Made by a program: the position numbers and the translations under genes. A stretch of DNA of 64,000 nucleotides from Octopus vulgaris (lineage: Eukaryota), in NCBI GenBank assembly GCA_951406725.2, contig OX597832.1, positions 60,884,001 through 60,948,000 on the forward strand. Direction: 5' to 3'. Numbering within the stretch: the first letter of the stretch is position 1; the number at the start of each line of letters is the position of its first letter. The notes beneath the pieces are model-generated. The model searched no databases. It worked only from the letters and a program-made list of their open reading frames with translations, and was not told the DNA's origin. Below are positions 55,668-64,000 of this stretch, piece by piece.

Positions 55668-55866
55668 TTGTGTCTTGGGACGGTCATTACGCCAATAACA
55701 ATAAGCACACACGCACTGATTTGATATCACTTCTTTATTTTTAGTCAATCAACAAATGATCGATTATTTAGTTGGTTAGATATTCAACCCATTGAGTAAC
55801 AATAAAGAAGTGATATTGAACCAGTGCGTGTGTTACTGTTGGCGCAATGGTCTTCCCAAGGCATAA
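55668..55866. mobile_element. MITE with ~70-bp imperfect TIRs
   Basis: ttgtgtcttggga…cacacgcactgatttgatatcacttctttatt versus aataaagaagtgatattgaaccagtgcgtgtg…tcccaaggcataa. Confidence 0.8.
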
Positions 55867-56330
55867 GAAGACTTCATGCAATTGTTTCTGGTATGGGCAC
55901 AAGGCCATCGAAGGGTTAAATTGACATTCCAATACTTGACTGGTATATTATTTCATCAACTTCGAAAGATCAAAAGCTACCTTGGGCCTCGCAATAGGAC
56001 TGAAGCTCCGATTAAGCTATGAGATGATACACAAGCACTAAAGTACGCGTGCATTGCCTCTTCGAGCAGAAACAACTGTAAGCTAATGGAAGATCATAAC
56101 ATAATTTCTTGTTTCTTCATCATTTTAATTTCTTGTTACGGTTCTGTACGAAACTGATGCGTTGTTCTGAAGCATATGCATCTGGAATTCTAATCCCAGG
56201 TTATTAATATTGTTACACCGAATGATAATAAAATATCTATCTATCTGTCTGTCTATTTGTCTGTCTGTCCATCCATCCATCCATCCATCCATCCATCCAT
56301 CCATCCATCCATCCATCCATCCATCCATCC

Positions 56331-56402
<72 letters not shown>

Positions 56403-56493
56403 GTCTGTCTATTTATCTATCTGTCTATCTGTCTATACACACACACATATTTGTTATTTACTGTGCGTACTGTAAGCTGCATATATATATGTG

Positions 56494-56539
<46 letters not shown>

Positions 56540-56625
56540 TCAAATTTACAGAAAAAAAAATGACAGAGATAGGTGTAGGAATAACGAGTAGGTATATTAG
56601 TTTAACGCCCGGGAAGAATGGAAAA

Positions 56626-56664
56626 GTCTTTTACGTTTTGAGTCTACGATCTTCGGCAGAAAGG
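56626..56664 (-). ncRNA. Decayed minimal hammerhead motif, same family as 8576-8726
   Basis: Minus strand CCTTT-CTGCCGA-A-GATC-GTAG-ACTC-AAAAC-GTA-AAAGAC; flank 56590-56625 resembles 8545-8575. Confidence 0.55.
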
Positions 56665-56803
56665 AATAAGAGAGAAAAAAACAACAAAAACAAACAAATA
56701 TAAACAATTAAAAATAACAGAGAGAATAAAAAAAACGGAGGGGGAAAATATATCGAAATGAATGGTTCAACATGATTCACACACGCACATATATATATAT
56801 GTA

Positions 56804-56878
<75 letters not shown>

Positions 56879-57026
56879 TGCTCGAAATGAGGAGTAGATA
56901 GACAGTCGCCAACTGTTGAAGGGTCCTTTCTCTGTGTTTACTTGTCCTGTTTTCCATTTTTTCTCGTTGTTTACGTATTTCATGTTATTTGCACCGCTGG
57001 TGACGTCCTGTACCCATATATGCATG

Positions 57027-57107
<81 letters not shown>

Positions 57108-57110
<3 letters not shown>

Positions 57111-57458
57111 AGTGGATGCGTAATAAGTAACTTGCTTACCAACCACATAGTACTGGGTTCAGTCGCACTGTGTGGCACCTTGGTTAAGTATCTTCTACGG
57201 GGCGATCAAAGCCTTGTGAGTGGATTTGTATATATATATATATACATACATGTATGTATATATATATTTGTGTGTCTGTGTCTGTCCCCACTTGACAACC
57301 GATGCTGGTGTTTTTATGTCCCCTTAACTTAGCGGTTCGGCAAAAGAAACCGACAGAATAAGTACTAGGCCTACAAATAATAAGTCCTGGGGTCGATTTG
57401 CTCGACTAAAGGCGGTGCTCAAGCATGGCCACAGTCAAATGACTGAAACAAATAAAAG

Positions 57459-57501
<43 letters not shown>

Positions 57502-57712
57502 CTGTGTTTGTCCCCTTAGCATTACTTGACAACCGATGCTGGTGTGTTTATGTCCCTCTCACTTAGCTGTTCGGCAAAAAGAGACCGATAGAATAAGTAC
57601 TGGGCTTACAAAGAATAAGTCCCGGGGTCGTGTTGCTCGATTAAAGGCGGTGCTCCAGCATGGCCGCAGTCAAATGACTGAAACAAGTAAAAGAGTAAAG
57701 AGTAAAGAGAGA
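57108..57712 (+). mobile_element. SINE family A with duplicated tail
   Basis: Head and tail to ~57460, second tail 57500-57712. Confidence 0.9.
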
Positions 57713-57715
57713 GTA

Positions 57716-57765
<50 letters not shown>

Positions 57766-57896
57766 ATATAGGATAAAACTTTTTACAGAAAAAATTTCAT
57801 CAAAAGTGGCAGCATATTAAAATACCTTCAAAGGTTATAAACGACTTATAAACAATGGCATAGAAATAATTTGTTTTTGCCCTTGTTTACAAGTTA

Positions 57897-57927
<31 letters not shown>

Positions 57928-57928
57928 G

Positions 57929-58264
57929 GTGACCCCCTTCGGTCAGACACTGACCATGGGTTTGCACCTAGAGAGTTACGCCCTGAGGCACAAGTCTGAG
58001 CAAGGTTGTTTTATGGAAGACCAGCAGTCGCCCATGCATACCGGCCTCCCCTCTCCACGTCACCGATGTTGTCCAAGGGAAAGGCAAAGGCTGATACAGC
58101 TTGGCACCTGTGACGGTCAACTCATTTCTACAGGAACTCATTTCTGAGGGAACTGGAGCAACGTGAAATAAAGTGTCTTGCTCAAGAACACAACACGCAG
58201 CCCGGTCCGGGATTCGAGCTCACGACCTCACGATCGTAAGCTCGACGCTCTAACCACTGAGCCA
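57929..58264 (-). mobile_element. SINE family C between (TA)n tracts
   Basis: Reverse complement of the 34333-34653 family. Confidence 0.92.
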
Positions 58265-59079
58265 TATATATATATAATTTTTTCTGTGTGCAGGTGAGTT
58301 TTGTCGTTCCACGTATATTATCATCATCATCCAATCTGCTTCCGGACTCCTTTCTATTGCGGGTCCAACTCAGTTTTGTCTGTTGAGTGAACCGGAGCAT
58401 CGTGAAATAAAGTGTTTTGCTCAAGGACATAACACGGCACCGCATGTCTCACTCACGGCCGCACCGCGACGTGGTCTTTCGATCTGTATTTATCCTTAAA
58501 TGACAGATAACTCTTAGAATATGTGAAGCTTTATTATCATAAATTATCATATATTATCATAAATTGTTTAAGATGACTGTTGTCTGAGTTTAGAAAAAAG
58601 GTAGGATGGGCATGACTGGAATGTATTTCAACATAAACCTGCTCAATGTGGTCTTACTGAGGACTGAAACACAGCAACAATAACAACAACTGCAACTCGA
58701 TATTCACAAGACAATACCGCAGGAAGTAGCAACGAAGCATTCATAATTGTTGGTTTCAAATCGTGGAACAAAGACAGCGAATTCGAGCAAGGAGAAGACG
58801 ATTACCCATCCCCAGTGTTCAACTGGTACTTATTTGATTGAGCCTGAAACATGATACGCAAGCGCGTGCATACATGCACTCACATAACAAACACCTTTGG
58901 TGGATAAGCCAACGAGTCAAACTCCTCCTAACAATATATGTACCAGTGTTATATTACATATGCTGAACATACACATCATATACACACACATCATATACAC
59001 ATATTTGTGTGTATATTTATGTATGTATGTATGTATGTATGTATGTATGTATGTATGTATGTATGTATGTATGTATGTA

Positions 59080-59110
<31 letters not shown>

Positions 59111-59169
59111 ATATATATATATATGCATGTTTGTATGTATGCATGTATGTATGTATGTATGTATGTATG

Positions 59170-59200
<31 letters not shown>

Positions 59201-59223
59201 GTATATGTATGTATGTATGTTTG

Positions 59224-59336
<113 letters not shown>

Positions 59337-59790
59337 GTATGCATGCATGCATGTATGTATGTATGTATGTATGTATGTATGTGTGTATGTGTGTATGAAT
59401 GTATGTATGTATGTTCTGCAAGGTGAGATGTAACATAATTCACGTCAAAAACGGCTCCGAAGAATCGGTTCATATGCTGAATTCGTGAAGCATGTCTTTG
59501 GCAGTGGGTAAAGGTCTGTTTGTCGTTCCGCTTGCTTTCGATAACTAGAAGCTGGAGACGTTTAGTGCGCACTTGGCTGCTATGTTTGTTCGTTTTTAAT
59601 GGTTCAGGTTGTTTTATGAGTGTTCATGTGTGCGTGGGTGTGTGTGTTCGTCTTTTTTTGTTGCTTGTTTTGTAGGGTTTGTTTATTATTATTGTTGTTC
59701 TTTATTTTTTCTTTCCTTTCGTTCATCGAGGCATACATTAGTGATATGTATTTTGTTTATGAGAGTGGAATATGAAACGCTAGTGTGTGA

Positions 59791-59918
<128 letters not shown>

Positions 59919-60002
59919 GTATATATAAATATATAGATATATATACATATATATATGTATATATATATATATTCTATGTATGTAAACATATATATATGTA
60001 TA

Positions 60003-60065
<63 letters not shown>

Positions 60066-60099
60066 TATACATAAATATGTGTGTGTGTTTAGTAGTAAG

Positions 60100-60143
<44 letters not shown>

Positions 60144-60781
60144 CAGACACTCAATCATACACACACAAACACACCCGCAAGCACACATGCCCACCAGTTT
60201 CTGCATTATTCCAATAGTGTTTCATGCCAGCAAGACAGATTCTAAATTAAAGCTTTTGGAAACTTTCAAATAAGCCGGATGTCTCCAATTTAATTCGTTC
60301 AAAACCACATGACCTGTGATTAGCAATCTACTGGATATATTGTGACGCCATGTTAGATGCATTTACAATTTATAAAGCTTTCATTTAAGAACATTCTCCT
60401 GGGTCACCATGCTCTGACAATATAAAGAGTATTTTCAAACCTACGTCACATGAAGTATGAGAAGATTTACATAAAAGTTTCGTAAAGAAAACATCTATAT
60501 TTAGCAGAATTACCCTCAAAATGTAGTAGGTTAAAAACGGGCGCAGGTATGGCCGCCATGCAGTTTGGGGTTTAGATCTGCTGAGCAGTATCTTGAGCAA
60601 GGGTCTTCTTGTTATTGGCCCGGGGTCAGATCAATACTTTTTGAACGAATATAGTAGACAGAAACTGCCTTAAAGCCTGATGTATGTATGTATGTATGTA
60701 TGTATGTATGTATGTATGTATGTATGTATGTATGTATGTATGTATGTATGTATGTATGTATGTATGTATGCATGTATGTAT

Positions 60782-61110
60782 GTCATCTTCGTAGTCATAA
60801 TGCGAGACAGATGAGTGACAACCTGGTCACTGGTAGTGGTGTTACACGCCATACTAATCATATCTGTCAGGCATGTGGAAGAGAGTGTAATTCGGCAGGA
60901 GGACTTAAACTACATGCAAAGGTACATGAAACCCAGTTACAACTACAGCCGGCCATTACCGGTAAAGGTTTTAGCTGCCAATTCTGTACAAGACATTGTA
61001 GATCTTTGGCTGGGCTAAAAAGTCACATTCGATCACAGCACCAATAACAGTTAAGCTTCGTGCAATGGCCATACTCGATAACGAGGGGGCAGCCATTATG
61101 TATGTATGTA
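60782..61110 (+). mobile_element. 3' end of an RTE-like LINE: ORF end with two C2H2 zinc fingers, short 3' UTR, (TATG)n tail
   Basis: CQACGRECNSAGGLKLHAKVH and CQFCTRHCRSLAGLKSHIRSQH, stop at 61047; no TGEKP linker; ~50-nt UTR then (TATG)n; 5' end truncated into (TATG)n. Confidence 0.7.
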
Positions 61111-61585
61111 TGTATGTATGTATGTATGTATGTATGTATGTATGTATGTATGTATGTATGTATGTATGTATGTATGTATGTATGTATTATGTATGTTTGT
61201 GTGCGTGTGTTTACGTATGTATGTGTGTATGTATGGCCGTTTGAAGTTTGAGGCTTAGTTCCACTGAGCAGTATCTTGAGCAAGGGTCTTCTTGTCATAT
61301 GCCCGGGGTCAGATCAATACTGTCTGAGCGAATATAATAGACAGAAACGGCCTTATAGCCTGATGTATGTATGTAATGTATGTATATATGTATATACATT
61401 TGTGTATATCTCTCTCGCTCGCTCGCTCCCCTCTCTGTGTAAATAAACACACACACACAACATACGTGTGTGTTGTGTTTATATAAATATATATATATAT
61501 ATATATATGTCCACAAATCAAACAAATGAAGTACATTGAAAAATGTGGTTGGATACACAGAAATGAAGGCAGACATACCCACCTA

Positions 61586-61673
<88 letters not shown>

Positions 61674-61677
61674 CACA

Positions 61678-61710
<33 letters not shown>

Positions 61711-62065
61711 GCAAACAGCAATTAACGAGTGAGAACAGACATGAAGGAGTGGAGAGAAAAAGACTTGAAAGAACAACTTGACTTAATTTCTTGGTGTCCA
61801 CCAACAACACAAGAGTCACTTTTGATTAACAGGCTTTAGTTTTGCGAATGTAATGTCATTGGACACCAGCTGTACTTAAGATGGATTAGCAAACATGTCA
61901 ATGGGCGTGTGCATGCATTTAGTTATGTATGCTTGTGTATCAATGCATACACACGTATGCGTATATGTAATTATATATACCAGTGATTCCCAGCCTTTTC
62001 ACTACTAAGGACCCTTTTTTTTACACGAGTTTTCCCACAGACCCCTTTTGATATGCTTATCCTTA

Positions 62066-62156
<91 letters not shown>

Positions 62157-62170
62157 TGTGTGTGTATCTG

Positions 62171-62421
62171 TAATATAATATGTGGCAATTATTCGGTTGC
62201 CATTACAAAACTGAGTTTCGGATGTCGGGGCAGAAACCTGCACCGGCATCTCTTCAGTTTGTCTCGATAACTGAAGAGATGCCGGTGCAGGTTTCCGCCC
62301 CGACATCCGAAACTCGGAGTCTCATTATGGCAACCGAATAGTTGCCACATATTACATTAGACATAAACTCCACTATTTACATAATATCGAGGTCTCTTTC
62401 ATTCTTTTGTTGTCTTACCAT

Positions 62422-62425
<4 letters not shown>
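62171..62425. mobile_element. Fold-back element with back-to-back hammerhead motifs
   Basis: Inverted arms 62171-62259 / 62269-62359. Plus strand CTGAAGA (62271) gatgccggtgc…gccccgacatc(c) GAAA CTCGGAG TC. Confidence 0.75.
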
Positions 62426-62465
<40 letters not shown>

Positions 62466-63139
62466 GTATGTATATAAAAGTAGATAAATGGTACAACAAG
62501 GCACCAATATTTACTGGAAAATAGCAATCGATATAAATACGACGCTATTGTATAGCTTCTCTGCGTATATACAAGCAAAGACGTGTGTAAGCAACAAACA
62601 TGAAATAATTTGTCTTACCTCTAGGAAGAACATTCGATAAATGGACAACCTAGAATCGGATAATGCATATCATTTGTCATATGATATGTAATTGTTTTCA
62701 TTTTGTTCCAGACTTCGTCGTCGTAATGTGTTTGCTTTGCTTTTGTGATAGACAGCTATCACACAGAAAATGCTAGCTTCCAAATCTTGTTTTGTGATTG
62801 GGAAAAAATTAACATCTATAAAAAAAAAAAAAATTTGTACATTAAACGAATCACATAATCAGATTACAATGTACGAAATTTGAAAATTTTCGCGTAGCTT
62901 TAAAATTTCAAAATTTCCTCTTCCGGTCAGTCCCTTGGCCAATGACTTCATGGCCCTCTTCTTCCGCTGTCTTACGCTTTCTCATTGTAAACTTACCGCT
63001 ACTCAGTATATATTTACCACATTCTTCATCACTCTTTTCTGTATAAGTACATCGCTCACACTGAGTGTGTGTGCGCGTGTGCGTGTGTGTGTCCGTGTAT
63101 GTATATGTGCAAAGACGAAAGACCCCCCCACACACAAAG

Positions 63140-63627
63140 CATCAGTATCGTGCTCTGGAGACACCCGAACAGGGACGGAATCGACTTGATGATATGCGAA
63201 AACGAGCCTCCGTCGCAGTGTCTCTGAAGACATCGATGCATCGATTGGTTGATAAACACTCAAGTGCCTCCGTTGTCCCATTTCATTCAAACGACTTCAA
63301 TTTCCAGCGAGTCTTGGTTATGCCATAACCATGAACAAATCACAAGGGCTAACATTTTTGGTTGCCGGTTAGCACTTTGAAGAACCCTGATTTGCCCAAG
63401 GTCAGCTCTACGTTGGATTTTCAAGAGTAGGAAGTAAGAAAAATCTTTACATTTCTGCACAAAATTGGAAAAAAAAAATTGTTTGTCGAGACAGTATGAG
63501 TTACTCCAAATAATGAAGAAATCTATTCCGTGGAAGAGGCCCAAATGTCGGAGAAGACATGGTCTGTCATGGAATAAAGACATGTTATCGTGAAAGTTTC
63601 CCTGACAACGACGGGCTACTCAGTCAG
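63140..63627 (+). mobile_element. Internally deleted Helitron (RepHel N-terminal and PIF1 helicase C-terminal remnants plus 3' end)
   Basis: RALETPEQGRNRLDDMRKRAS at 63149-63211. From 63286: FKRLQFPASLGYAITMNKSQGLTFLVAG*HFEEP*FAQGQLYVGFSRVGSKKNLYI (PIF1 motifs V/VI). Decayed 3' hairpin ccctgacaacgacggg followed by tactcagtcag|t in place of CTAG|T. Confidence 0.88.
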
Positions 63628-63714
63628 TGTGTGTGCGTGTGAGCGCGCGCGTGTGTTTATGCATGTATTATGTATGTACATATTTATATATATGTGCATA
63701 CACACATACACTAA

Positions 63715-63950
63715 CACAGAAGATAATGATGATGATAATGATAATTGTGATAATAATTGTGATTGTGATGCTGATGGTGATTAAATATGATCATGATGAT
63801 AATGATGATGATGATAATGATGATGATGATGATGATGATGTTGATGATCCTGCCGGGAGTGATGATGATGATGGTATGATGATAATTAAGACAATAATTA
63901 TAACGACGTTGATGATGATGATGATGGTGGTAGCGGTGTTGGCGATGGTA
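63715..63950. repeat. (GAT)n/(AAT)n low-complexity tract
   Basis: Seen directly. Confidence 0.9.
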
Positions 63951-64000
63951 GTTTATAGCCCCATTAACGATGTTATAAATTGCCCTAATCAAGTAATATT

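Noticed and set aside
60688-61047. Host C2H2 zinc-finger gene
   Set aside because: Start codon lies in a microsatellite, there are no TGEKP linkers or evident splice acceptor, and a LINE-like short UTR and repeat tail follow.

Overview
AT-rich, microsatellite-saturated animal genomic DNA. The repeat complement strongly suggests an octopus (cephalopod) intergenic or intronic region; this is an inference, not a database result. I recognise no intact host protein-coding gene, and almost every ORF in the supplied track is a microsatellite artefact. The window holds dozens of tRNA-derived SINE copies of at least three families and decayed DNA transposons (a DD37D maT-type Tc1/mariner, a deleted mariner, hAT MITEs, a long-TIR element, an internally deleted Helitron). 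It also holds non-LTR fragments (Tx1/L1-like, RTE-like) and a 5'-truncated Neptune-type Penelope-like element (PLE) with a GIY-YIG endonuclease and an intact type I hammerhead ribozyme. The most interesting signal is about a dozen intact-to-decayed hammerhead ribozyme motifs from several families, mostly embedded in (TA)n or other dinucleotide tracts. Three of them sit in fold-back structures whose inversion point lies at the ribozyme's CUGANGA box. A second signal is a set of SINE concatemers with an identical 184-bp head-to-tail junction at two unlinked loci, one of them inside a single target-site duplication (TSD).
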